Source: Tetramitus jugosus (Eukaryota; Protista; Heterolobosea). Taken from it: a stretch of DNA of 64,000 nucleotides. Under the pieces are notes generated by a model. The model saw only the letters and a list, made by a program, of their open reading frames with translations, was not told where the DNA came from and ran no database searches. The first letter of the stretch is position 1. Each line of letters starts with the position of its first letter. This document shows positions 22,256 to 32,943 of this stretch, piece by piece. Position numbers and translations under genes: made by a program. The stretch lies in NCBI GenBank assembly GCA_937625935.1, contig OW569386.1, forward strand, positions 248,001 through 312,000. The letters are read 5' to 3'.

Positions 22256-25200
22256 ATGTCGTCATCTTCAAGTGAAACATCGACAGTCTATGCACCAGAT
22301 GTCGACCAAGCATTGACTCAACTAAAGTCAATCGATTCCGGTTTCCTCTTATTTGGATTCTCAGAGTTGAGTTCTGAGGTAGAAAATCAACAACAACAAC
22401 AACCTCCAAAAACATTGTACATTCAAGCGAGTTCCCTTCTGTCAGAAAAAACGGAAAATGAAAGCGGCGACAACGAAATTTACGAACAGACCAAAACTCA
22501 CCTCACTGAATCAACTGTTCAATACATTGTTTACAAGAGCAAGACCAAGTACTTGTTTGCGTCATGGATTGGACAGAGAGTCAAACCAATGATCAAGGTC
22601 AAGTGCAGTGCTCACAAGGACTCGCTTTTCCAATTGGTTGAAAAAACATGTGAGATGAAATTTGCTGCAGAACTCAGTGGTATCAACACGGACAATCACC
22701 AAGAGCAAATCAACGAAGCTTTCATGAACTCAAAATTATTCACGGACAATAATTCTGGAAGCGGAGCTGCACATACAACAGAACAAGCGCCAAAAAATGC
22801 CTCGGCTACGATTATGAATCGATATCAACCGTCGTCGTCGTCGTCAGCTCAAAGCTCTTCTTCTTCTTCATCGAACAGAGGTGGAAGCACGACCAACTTG
22901 GCTGCTCAGCTAAGACTCGTTCTATCGATCGATGAAGACAACTTGCAACAAGCTCTCAAGCAAATGCAAGCTAGTGAGCTCTCATGGGTCACATTGGCCT
23001 ATGACGACAATGGTGTGTTGAGTGTGACTGGTAGTGGCCCAGAGCAACAACAAGTTGAGCCATCGATTCAGTATCTGTCAGACACTGACATCAACTTTGT
23101 GTTGTACAAGTGGAATATGGGTACGGAGCTCGGTTACGGTAAGGACACTGAAAAAATTTTGCTCGTCGTGTGGGTCGGTTCGCGAATCAACTCTATTCGA
23201 CGTGGTAAGATTAATCAACACAAGTCCAATGTGTACTCGTTTGTCAACAAGGTGTTCCAATTGAGTGGTGAGTATGAAGTGACGAGTCACGAGGATTTGA
23301 CCAATGATATCATCAAGAATAGAATGTTGGGTAACAAGATGAGCACAACGACTGCTGCTACTACGATTACATCCCCTACTCCTTCTCCAAGAGCTGCTAT
23401 CTCATCACCAAGAGCTGCTTCTTCCGTTTCTGCTGCTACGAGTGGAAATCGTCCAACTGGTTCATTGTGGAAGTTGGCTGCTGTGATCCCAAAGACAAAG
23501 TTCATGATGAGAAAGGAGGCTGAGAAGGCCAATACGAGCAAATCAGCAGCAAAGAGCTTGTCTACTGCTACCAACACCATTAAGGTGTTTGCTAGTGAGC
23601 AGTGTGCTGAAGAATTGGAAAAGTTTGTTGGTCCTGAATCAAAGTCTGTTTGGGCTCTGTTTGGTTACAATGCAGGCAGCAAGAGCGAGTTGAAATTGGT
23701 CGAAACTGGCACAAAGGAAGCCGAGGCACTTTTGTCAGGCAATGAAGTGCTTGTGAAAGAGTGCACAGAGGAAAGCTTGTCATTCATTATTGTCAAGGTG
23801 TTTGTTGCCACAAAGAGAGGAGTGAAGAAAATTGTAGCACCAAAGTACATTCTCGTAACATTCAAGGGCACCAAGCTCAAGCCTTATTTCAAGGTCATCT
23901 CTGCTAACCATGCTGGTAAGCTCAAGAATACTGTAGCACCTATTGTGAATGTCTCTGATGACTTTGTTACAATTACTAGCTTGAGTGAACTGGACGATTT
24001 GAAGAAGTTGTTTTCAAGAGATGAAATCATCGACGACCCAGCTCTGATTGAAGAAGCCAACAATGCCGCTGCTTCTTCCGTATCATCATTTGTTAAATCA
24101 GGAGCAGTGCCTACTCTGGCTGGTGATTTGTCATTCGAGAATGAGAAGGATGTTCAAGAAGCTTTGAAGGATTTGCAAGCTGATTCCTCTGACACGAACT
24201 GGGTCATGATCAAGTACGCAAGCAGAAGATCACTCAAGTATGAGACTAAGGGATCTGGAGGAATGGAAGAATTCAAGACTCAATTGAATGATAATGAAGT
24301 CCAATATGTCTTCTATAAGCTATTTATCGAAGAGTTGGGTGGATCTGCAAAGATTGTACTCATTGCTTCCGTTGGAAAGAGTGTAAAGATGGCACTGAAA
24401 GCCACTTCCACACCAGACAGAATTGCTTTGTTCCAATACGCAGAGTCACTGTGTGGTGTGAGCAGCGAATTCCAAGCCAACGAATTCGATGAGATCAATC
24501 AAACTGCAATCCTCGGTAAGTTGACTGGATCCAAGGGCAAGACTAGTGATTCCAAATCAGAGGGTGCACAATCTCCTGCTGCTCCAAGATCTAGACCTCA
24601 ATTCGGTGGTAAGAACCAGGAATTGAAGATTGCAAACGAGGAAGCTGTTAACAATGCATTGAAAGAACTAAAGGATGATAACAATCCTATCAACTTCTTG
24701 TTGTTCGGATACGATGAACAAGGAGCTAACTTGGAACTGAAGCAATCAGGAACTGATGGTATGGATGGATTGCGTCCACTGATGCACAAAAATCAAGTTC
24801 AATATGCACTGTTGAAGCTCTTGGTCGAAGAAACTGGATATGGTGGCTCTCCAAAGATCACACTCATTGCATGGGTCGGTGAAGAAGTAGCAGGTATGGC
24901 TAAAGCCAAATCTAGCACCCATCGTCTCCTCTTGAAGGAACACTGCTCGAAGATTCTTGCCATTGCCGCAGAATATCCAGTGAACTTGGAAGTTGAGTTG
25001 AACGAGACATCGATCCGCGCTAAATTGACTGGTTCCAAGGGAAAGATTGAACAAGATGGAGGTGTTATGGCACCATCAATCGGAACTACTCGATCTACCA
25101 CTGGACACAAGAAGTTTGGTGGTAAGGACGGTAACTTGAGATTCGCAGATGACAAGGCAGTTTTGGAAGACATTGAGAGATTGAAGGATAACAATAGCGG

Positions 25201-26683
25201 AATCAAATGGCTCATGTTTGGTTACAACGATCCAGAAGACTTTTACACAACATCTGTTGTGCACAAGGGATCAGGAGCCGTCTCAAGCTTTAAGCCACAT
25301 TTAAGTGATAATACCGTTAATTACATCGTATTGAGAATGTCATTCATGGAGTACTATGAAGTCATCAAGGTAGTTTTGATCACCTATGTTGGTGAGAACT
25401 CTCCTTCATTCCTCAAATCACTCAGTGCTGGTCACAGAGTCAATCTGATGGAATTCATGAGAAAGCACTTGTCAATTGGTGGTGAGTTCCATCCACAAGA
25501 CTTGAGTGAATTGACTGATCAAGCACTGCTGGCCAAGATTACTGGTGCCAAGGGTGGTGAAAATGTCGATGATATCAAATCTGAGAGTGAAGAGCCATAT
25601 TCAAGCCAAAAATCAAGCAGATGGGAGCCTCAGAGAGAAGTGAGATCCACGATTGAAGTGAAGAACAAGAATCAATTCAGTGGCGAGTACAAGAATCTCG
25701 AATTCACGGGCAAGGAAGAGATTAGTAAGGCATTGAAAGACTTGAGCGCACGCTCTGATCTTGTTTATCAGGATGAAGAAACACGATTGGACTACATTAA
25801 GCTCAAGATTCAAGGCAAGGGATTCCGTGATGTCGTTGTTGAAGAGATGGGCAAGGGTAGCTTGACTGAAGAATGGAGAGAGAAGCACCTGGATGTTAAC
25901 AATATCAACGTTTTCATCTTTGCAGTGAGCAGCACTGAAGGTGGCACAGGTATGATCACAAAGTTTGTCTTTGTTCAATGGAACGGTGCAAACACCAAGT
26001 TCCTTGAGAAGGCGCAGGCAAGTGAACTCCGTCAATCACTTTACAATTACTGCACAGAAATTTTGTTCATGGGAGCAGAAATTCAAGGATGTACACTACC
26101 TGAGCATGTGACCCACAAGATTGTCATGGAAAAACTCACGGGTAGCAACGTGAGAGGAGTGGAGACAAAGGTGGAGCGAAAGCAGGAAAAGTTTATGAAG
26201 CTCGGAAAGCAAAAGTCTGAGCTCAAGTATGAGAATGAACAAGAAGTGTTCGAAGCACTGGACAAGTTGGTTCAATTGGAAGATCCAGAGATTGACTGGA
26301 TGCTTGTGACATACAAGGAGAACACGATCGATGTTCTTTACTTGGCACACAGTGGTAAGGGCAGTGTGGAGGAGTACAAGCAATACATGACTCCAACCAA
26401 CATGTGCTACATTGTGGTCAAGATTATGCACGCATTCGGTTATGCAAAGGACTTTGAAGACACAATGTCCAAACCATACTATGGCTTGGTGCACTGGAAG
26501 GGAGCAGAAGTGTCCGTGTTGGAGAAGGCTCTGTCCAGTCATCACTGGAATCACTTTGCCAAAACGATTACCAAGAGACTGCAAGCCAAGGAACTCGCCA
26601 TTCAAGGCAGTCAGTACCATGCAGAACACTTGGAAGAAGTCACACTGGCCAGAATCAAGAAGACGATGAGATTGCTTGACTAA
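22256..26683 (+). CDS. Large actin-binding protein made of about 8 tandem ADF-H (coactosin/drebrin-like) domains
   Basis: Repeated unit 'V..AL..L......NW....Y...G.GG..E....L....V.Y......K..LI.WVG.......KA....H' occurs about 8 times across 1475 aa with no introns. Confidence 0.88.
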   Translation: MSSSSSETSTVYAPDVDQALTQLKSIDSGFLLFGFSELSSEVENQQQQQPPKTLYIQASSLLSEKTENESGDNEIYEQTKTHLTESTVQYIVYKSKTKYLFASWIGQRVKPMIKVKCSAHKDSLFQLVEKTCEMKFAAELSGINTDNHQEQINEAFMNSKLFTDNNSGSGAAHTTEQAPKNASATIMNRYQPSSSSSAQSSSSSSSNRGGSTTNLAAQLRLVLSIDEDNLQQALKQMQASELSWVTLAYDDNGVLSVTGSGPEQQQVEPSIQYLSDTDINFVLYKWNMGTELGYGKDTEKILLVVWVGSRINSIRRGKINQHKSNVYSFVNKVFQLSGEYEVTSHEDLTNDIIKNRMLGNKMSTTTAATTITSPTPSPRAAISSPRAASSVSAATSGNRPTGSLWKLAAVIPKTKFMMRKEAEKANTSKSAAKSLSTATNTIKVFASEQCAEELEKFVGPESKSVWALFGYNAGSKSELKLVETGTKEAEALLSGNEVLVKECTEESLSFIIVKVFVATKRGVKKIVAPKYILVTFKGTKLKPYFKVISANHAGKLKNTVAPIVNVSDDFVTITSLSELDDLKKLFSRDEIIDDPALIEEANNAAASSVSSFVKSGAVPTLAGDLSFENEKDVQEALKDLQADSSDTNWVMIKYASRRSLKYETKGSGGMEEFKTQLNDNEVQYVFYKLFIEELGGSAKIVLIASVGKSVKMALKATSTPDRIALFQYAESLCGVSSEFQANEFDEINQTAILGKLTGSKGKTSDSKSEGAQSPAAPRSRPQFGGKNQELKIANEEAVNNALKELKDDNNPINFLLFGYDEQGANLELKQSGTDGMDGLRPLMHKNQVQYALLKLLVEETGYGGSPKITLIAWVGEEVAGMAKAKSSTHRLLLKEHCSKILAIAAEYPVNLEVELNETSIRAKLTGSKGKIEQDGGVMAPSIGTTRSTTGHKKFGGKDGNLRFADDKAVLEDIERLKDNNSGIKWLMFGYNDPEDFYTTSVVHKGSGAVSSFKPHLSDNTVNYIVLRMSFMEYYEVIKVVLITYVGENSPSFLKSLSAGHRVNLMEFMRKHLSIGGEFHPQDLSELTDQALLAKITGAKGGENVDDIKSESEEPYSSQKSSRWEPQREVRSTIEVKNKNQFSGEYKNLEFTGKEEISKALKDLSARSDLVYQDEETRLDYIKLKIQGKGFRDVVVEEMGKGSLTEEWREKHLDVNNINVFIFAVSSTEGGTGMITKFVFVQWNGANTKFLEKAQASELRQSLYNYCTEILFMGAEIQGCTLPEHVTHKIVMEKLTGSNVRGVETKVERKQEKFMKLGKQKSELKYENEQEVFEALDKLVQLEDPEIDWMLVTYKENTIDVLYLAHSGKGSVEEYKQYMTPTNMCYIVVKIMHAFGYAKDFEDTMSKPYYGLVHWKGAEVSVLEKALSSHHWNHFAKTITKRLQAKELAIQGSQYHAEHLEEVTLARIKKTMRLLD

Positions 26684-26762
26684 ACCTTCAACGGTGAATA
26701 AAACAGCAACAACAATAACCAATCCTTAATACGAGTATGAAAAAATCTATGGTACTTTATGT

Positions 26763-27485
26763 TTACTTTCCGTAACGTTGGAAATCCCATTCCGTGTTAC
26801 ACAATGGACAGACGTGTCTTGTTCTCAACCAACGGGAAATACAATGGAAGTGGAAAGCGTGATTACAGACACCCCATGCTACTGTACATTCTTCAGAGGT
26901 AGCACTCGATTGGTTCGCTTGACATTCAATACACAAATCCATAATGTGATTTCTGCAAATGGCACATGTATCCACAATGATATCTATTTGTTCAAGTAAT
27001 TGTTGATCAGTCAAACAAACATAGTGTTCATTTTGCAAGCAAGTTCAATTGTTTCGTCAACAGAATCCAAATGTTGTTTGTTTGTGTTGTGTTGTTTCGA
27101 TTGATCACAACAAAAAATAAATCAGAGAGAGAAACAAAAAAAAAATAGCAAGTCAAATAAATAGGTTAGCTTCCACATGTGGTCACTCGAGTGCTTTCAG
27201 ACAAAAGAAGCAAAAAAAAAAGCAAAACTCAAATAAAAACGTACCCCATGCCCACAAAGCAACAGCGTTCCACTTTTTCACTTCAAAACGCTTTTGATCT
27301 CCAAGCTCAAACTCTTTCTTTGTTGACGAAGCTGCTGTAGCCTTCTTGTTTTGTGCTGCTTTGGCCTTTAGCTTTGCTGCTCTGATTTTAGCTTTTTTGA
27401 TTTCTTCTGCTGTTAGCTTCTTTGCCTCAGAGGATGCATCAGCTGTTGTTGCGTCTGCTGTTGTAGTTGGTTGTTCGTCAGCCAT
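26763..27485 (-). CDS. RBX1: RING-box protein 1 (SCF/cullin E3 subunit); intron 26984-27244
   Basis: Spliced product reads [15 protein letters not shown]|[25 protein letters not shown]...[14 protein letters not shown]; GTACGT donor and TAG acceptor. Confidence 0.97.
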
Positions 27486-27872
27486 TGTTTTTGTGTGTTG
27501 TTTGTTGTACAAGGAAATTTGTTGATGGTTTGATTGAGGTTTTTTTTTGATGTAAAATTTTTGTGTTTGGTTGGACAAGACAAGAGCTTTTTTTTTGGGG
27601 CGGCAGACAAGTTCGTTTTCAATGTTCGTTCGTGGGATTACAAGATTCACCCTGAAGATGAACAAGAGGAGAATTAACCTTTTACAAATTTGTTTGTCTC
27701 CGACTGCACCCGTCGGACAATGAAAATCGGAGATATCAGCATGATATTTTGTTGTTTGCCAAAGTAACGTTTTGATAGAAAGAACAAGTTGATTGAAAGC
27801 CCTTGGAACACCAAACGTCTTCGTACAACGAATCAAAACTGAAACTAATCAACTAAGAGTGTTTTGAATATC

Positions 27873-28987
27873 ATGAGTTCTGAATTTGCAACATTTGCTG
27901 GTAACGTTCGTGTCGGCACACTTCTCAAGCTAAGCTTGCTTTGTTTTTTTATTGTTCAGCTAAAGATATTTTGAAAGCTAAAAAACGTGTTTTTTCATAT
28001 CCATGTTGTTTTATATCTCAAAAATCAATAATGATCTTCATTGTTGATTTTCAATGGGGTGTTGGTTTGGATCATATACATACCAATTTGATTGTCATAT
28101 ATGAATGATGATAGGTGTTAATTGGTGCCGCTAGTGGTGGTACAGCTTTCTCTATTGTTTTTCCATTGGATACTGTGAAAACGCGCATGCAAAACGCATC
28201 CAAAGCAGCCCTTTCAGGAAATGGAGGGAGCGTTGCTTACGGCGGAGTAATAGATTGCATGAAACAGCTCTACAAGACAAACGGAATCAAAACCTTTTAT
28301 AGCGGACTTCGACCAACACTCATCGGTGTTTTACCAGAGAAGGCTATTAAATTGGCGGCAAATGATTTTTTCCGAAGCTACTACGGTTCATTGTACATGG
28401 ACATGCCGCTCTCAGAGTATAGAGTGCAGAGAGCAGTGTTGGACACGAAGCTTCCCGTGTGGCTAGAGGCTGCCGCTGGTGGTTCTGCAGGTCTTTTCCA
28501 AGTTGTAGCTACCAATCCAATGGAGCTCATTAAGATTAACCGTCAATTGACTCCAATGTCAACATTGGCCATTATCAAGGAGCTAGGACTCAAGGGAATG
28601 TATTCCAAGGTGCACGCAACACTGTTGCGTGATATACCTTTTAGTATGTTGTACTTTACCCTGTACTCTAGACTGAAGCAACAGTTCAAGGACAAGAGAA
28701 CGGGTGATTTGAGTGTGGATCGCATCTTTGCTGCTTCTGTGATCGCGGGAGGTGTGGCTGCTTTTGCTTCCACTCCACTTGACACGATCAAGACAAGAGT
28801 TCAAGCCAGAAACACAACTTACACTGGTGTGTTGAACTGTGTAGCGAGAACTTACACAGAGGAAGGATGGAGAACATTCTTTAATGGGTCAGTGGCCAGA
28901 GTTTCGACCATTTCATTGCTGTTTGGTTTCACACTCATCTTTTATGAGTTCCAAAAGACAATGATGCAAAAGTATTTTAATTTGTAA
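27873..28987 (+). CDS. Mitochondrial carrier (SLC25; glutamate/aspartate-glutamate carrier-like); intron 27906-28114
   Basis: Three PxD/ExxK signatures (FPLDTVKTR, NPMELIKIN, TPLDTIKTR), PEKAIKLAAND and LLRDIPFS; short exon 1 MSSEFATFAGN splices in phase 0. Confidence 0.9.
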
Positions 28988-29187
28988 ACTCCAACTCCAG
29001 CAGGGACTTTGATTTACTCCACATTTCTTAATCATATGCAGTTTTATGTCAAAGGATCTTTGGACTTCGAAGCAAAACAATGGCATAGAACATGGTGATA
29101 TAAACGAAGTTTAATTACTAAATGTGATCCAATCCAATGGATATGTTATGTACATGATTGAGAAAGGTTGACTTCCCCTGAATGAGA

Positions 29188-29619
29188 TTAATGCTTGAAG
29201 AAAGCCTTGCATTTGCCCAGGATCTCTTCTTCAGAGAGCTGGTTAACATCGCCGGTTTGAATACCCAATCCAGAGAAGCCGATACGATTTCCGAATGGAA
29301 TTCGAGTAGCAGAGTAGACAAATTTGTTTCTAATGTTGGCAGTTGATGGAGCCCACAGTATCATTACACTCTTGCTTCTTTGACTGTCAGGCATTCCTTG
29401 GATTTCAGAAGGGACAGTGTAGTTGGCTCTGTAGACGGCATATCTACATTCATTGCTTGGTAAACCTTGAACCAACTCTTCTAGAGAAGAACCAGTTCGC
29501 TCAACTTGAATAGAACCATCTTTAATAACGAAGGTGACATATTTATGTTCACCCTTGAGGAAGCAGTCTCTGAATGTGGTAATAGCACCGTCATGGGTTG
29601 GAATTCCAGTTTGAGTCAT
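29188..29619 (-). CDS. Cofilin / actin-depolymerizing factor
   Basis: KYVTFVI, LPSNECRYAVY, ILWAPSTANIRNKFVYSAT and IQTGD; TATA-like TATAAAA on the minus strand at 29725-29731. Confidence 0.9.
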   Translation of the reverse strand: MTQTGIPTHDGAITTFRDCFLKGEHKYVTFVIKDGSIQVERTGSSLEELVQGLPSNECRYAVYRANYTVPSEIQGMPDSQRSKSVMILWAPSTANIRNKFVYSATRIPFGNRIGFSGLGIQTGDVNQLSEEEILGKCKAFFKH

Positions 29620-29899
29620 CTTGAATAAAGGTATTAGAGCTAGTTAGTTACTTAGTAGTAATGCTGTCTTGTGTCTTTGTGTGAGTTGTTGGTTTGTACT
29701 TGCTCTGGCACGTAATGTCTCGCCTTTTATACACAGTTGTTCAAGTCATGGCCTGTGCAGTTCGTCGGTCAAGTATCCCGTTCGTCAATCATCTGTGACG
29801 TTCAATATTCCGTTCGTCAAGTCATCAATTTCGCGACAAGAACAATTCTGGAGTTCCATTAATACCGTCCGAACAGTAAACAAATTGAAACCAGAAAGC

Positions 29900-31155
29900 A
29901 TGAACACCTACAAATCATTGGTCATTGAGGAAGTGACCAAACAGTTCAAGAACCATGAGACTCTTACTCCGCGAAGTCCTTCTCTGAGTCTCTCAGAGAA
30001 TTCTCCATCGTTTAGCGGCTCATTCCAATGTGGAAATTCCTGGTTTTTCCTGACTTCAATGTACAAGGATTGGCCAGTGATGTTCGAGCTGGATATGGAG
30101 AACAAGGAATGGAAGGGCTCCAAATTATTGGATGAAGAAGAATCCAATTCTTTTGAAACGTATGTTTGTTTAGGATTGTGGCCATTGTTAATATTTACGG
30201 CATCATGGATCGATGGTGTGTAAGTGGACGACACTCAATTTTCTTACTTGTTTTTTCTCGGTTTGCATGGTTGTGCAACAGAGGAGCATATTCGATCGTG
30301 TCAGACGGGGCAGGACAAGTGTATTGCTATGGTGGATCAGATGTGTACTTTTACTCTCCGACGAATGATTTGAAGGTGTTTAATCCCTTGTTGAAAGAAT
30401 GGACCAGGATTACACCAAAATTACAAATTGATTCTACGGGTGGGGAATTTCCATTTCTCGAGTATTGTGATACGATGGAGCCATTGGACACAGATATTGA
30501 GTATTGTGGAGGACCTTGTTTGTTTACTTTCGGTGCTTACAATCATCATGCATTAAAGTGCGATGACAATCTTTATCGCTATGATATCCTATCTAGCACT
30601 TGGTCCACAATGAGCTCACAGATTAAACCGAGTGAGCGGAGCAGTGGAACCATGGTTCACTTGAGGAATCAGCAAAAGCTGTTGCTGTACGGTGGCAGCG
30701 ATGTTGAACACACCCAGGAATATGATGATTTGTGGACATTTGACTTGAGTAAACGGAGACAAGGTTGGCAACAGGTAACTGCAACAGGCGAATCACCATT
30801 AGATTCGAGCAAGTATTTCACTCTGGTTGTGGTAATTAGAGGTAGGGATCCCAAGATAATGGTATTGCAAGAGAGTGAAGCAACAAAGGAGATCTTGTTT
30901 TATTTACTGGATTGCTCAACTCTGCATTGGACAGTCCTTAATTCCCATATTCGAATACAACCACGGTTTGTCTCCATTTTTCAACCAAAGTACGAAGATT
31001 TAGGAACTCACTTCTACATGTACTTGGCCCCACAGAGTCAAGGAGAACATGTATACTCTGTTACAATCAAAGACAATCGGATGGGCTTTAACTTGCATCA
31101 AGCTTCATTAAGGAGACACCTATCCGATGTCATCATTGACTGCGAAACAAAATAG
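29900..31155 (+). CDS. Kelch-repeat protein; one intron ending at 30281 (donor at 30160 or 30220)
   Basis: VYCYGG...NDLKVFN...EW, LFTFGA...LYRYD...TW, PSERS..LLLYGG...DDLWTFD...W; both candidate donors join the two ORFs in phase 2. Confidence 0.8.
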
Positions 31156-31749
31156 GTTCGCTTCATTCCATCGCACTGGATCAAAAAGCAACTGCGTAAC
31201 ATGTAAAAGTATAACGATTTGATCCAAACCTTCTTCTTAGTGGAACATTTATTTCACCATGCAGAGTATGACATTACTGGTCAAATTCTCTCCAAGATAT
31301 TGATTCTGCCCAGATATCGATAGAACAGACAACGATAATGACTTATTTGCTTTGGTGGGTTCGTTACCTCAGACATATACCATTGCCACTCCTATTTGTT
31401 TGACATAGAGGCAGTAGGATAATACTTCTGTTATTTAGGATAAAAAGAAAATGGGACAGCAGCTCGGAATAGAGCGCGATCCCACAAGCCACTTTGTGAC
31501 TTTGGACTGTGAAGGTTTGTTCAACTTGGTAGTGCTTCGAACAAAAATTCTCGATTTGATTGCACAGCTTAAATCCTCGGCCAATCCAGCGCTCCTTTCC
31601 CGAACGAGTATGGGTTCGCGGAGGATTTTCTGATATTGAAGTACGGGTCAATGGGAACTTGGTCGCCTGGAACAAAAACCAGCCAGATAGATCCATGTGT
31701 CACAAACAAACTCACACCAAACAATCGATACCCAACCATATTGAATCAA

Positions 31750-32604
31750 ATGGACGTTCTCCCTGATGAAATAGTCGTGCACATCATGGCTTTTTGCACC
31801 TTGCCTACCATGGAAAAACTGTGGAGTACCAACAGGAAAATTTACAGCGTTTTTCACGATTCGGACACGGCCCTGCTCAAAACAGAGATTGACCAACAAC
31901 AAGAGTACCACAAGAAACTGTGGACGTGGGATTCGGCCTCTTTTCGTTCATGGTACCAACTATGTGAAACACTGTATCCAACGGCAACAATGAATCGAAT
32001 GACAAAGTACCAGTCAACCATCCATCCGAAGCTCTTTTATCTCTACCAGTGGAAGGCAACATTGGAGAGTGGACTAAGAAGGTATCAAAGTCGGTTAATA
32101 TCGTATGAGAATCAGATTACGCACGGTTCTTCGTTTAGAGAAGTTGTCATTGTAACATCAGAGCTGTTTCAAATGCATGTCTGGCTGTTGAAGTTGAATA
32201 AGTTTTATCTGAGAGAGGGAGTCATGTCAGACAGTGTTTCCAGTTGGATGTCATCACTCATGAAGGGTATCAAGGAGGGAGCTGTAAAGAAATCACTGTT
32301 CAAACGGTTCATCTCTGGTCGTTGTACACTCGTGCTTTTGTATCAAAGGAGGACTAAAGGAAATCTCCAACGAGCAAAGGACTGCCAAACAAAGATCGAA
32401 GCTTTGAGCAAGGATCTGTCGCTGCGGCAATTCTGTTCATATGAGGACTGTTCCGAACCACGAGAAGTGTTGGTGTGGTCCCTCTCGAAACCGCTGTCCT
32501 CCCAAGAAAAAGAGGACAACCAATGGGTTAGACCAAATGGTCACCATGTTAAGCCAAACATTATTGTCAGTCTATGTCGCAAAGAAATTCGCTTGTTAAC
32601 TTAA
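31750..32604 (+). CDS. F-box-like protein
   Basis: N-terminal 'MDVLPDEIVVHIMAFC...LWSTNRKIY...LW' F-box pattern; remainder unrecognised. Confidence 0.65.
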   Translation: MDVLPDEIVVHIMAFCTLPTMEKLWSTNRKIYSVFHDSDTALLKTEIDQQQEYHKKLWTWDSASFRSWYQLCETLYPTATMNRMTKYQSTIHPKLFYLYQWKATLESGLRRYQSRLISYENQITHGSSFREVVIVTSELFQMHVWLLKLNKFYLREGVMSDSVSSWMSSLMKGIKEGAVKKSLFKRFISGRCTLVLLYQRRTKGNLQRAKDCQTKIEALSKDLSLRQFCSYEDCSEPREVLVWSLSKPLSSQEKEDNQWVRPNGHHVKPNIIVSLCRKEIRLLT

Positions 32605-32813
32605 CAAGCATGCTATCGACTATACTTAGCATTTGTGACATTTCTTCAGGACACTTCGAATAAAACCGCTAAGCAATAAAACAGTTCCTTTGTAATTATC
32701 ACAAGCTCAGTGTGCCTTTAGGAGGACCAAAGAACGCGAATCTCACCATTTTGTGGTCAGTTCTCGACGAAATTTTCTGAAATAGTTACTAACAGGCGGA
32801 GAAATTCATGTCA

Positions 32814-32884
32814 GCTGCTTTAGTATAGTGGTAGTACACGGGATTGTGGCTCCCGCAACACCGGTTCGATTCCGGTAGGCGGCA
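32814..32884 (+). tRNA. tRNA-His (anticodon GTG), copy 1
   Basis: GCTGCTTTAGTATAGTGGTAGTACACGGGATTGTGGCTCCCGCAACACCGGTTCGATTCCGGTAGGCGGCA folds as a cloverleaf; a T-run terminator follows directly. Confidence 0.96.
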
Positions 32885-32943
32885 TTTTTGATAATCCCAT
32901 CTTTCTTCTTCGTTTGTTTCTCACCCAAACAACTCGGGAGGTA

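Noticed and set aside
26763-32604. RBX1, Kelch and F-box genes close together as an SCF cluster
   Set aside because: They are interleaved with unrelated genes, and Kelch and F-box families are large; proximity is probably chance.
32813-32884. tRNA-His genes lack an encoded G-1
   Set aside because: Normal for eukaryotic cytosolic tRNA-His with an A discriminator; G-1 is usually added after transcription.
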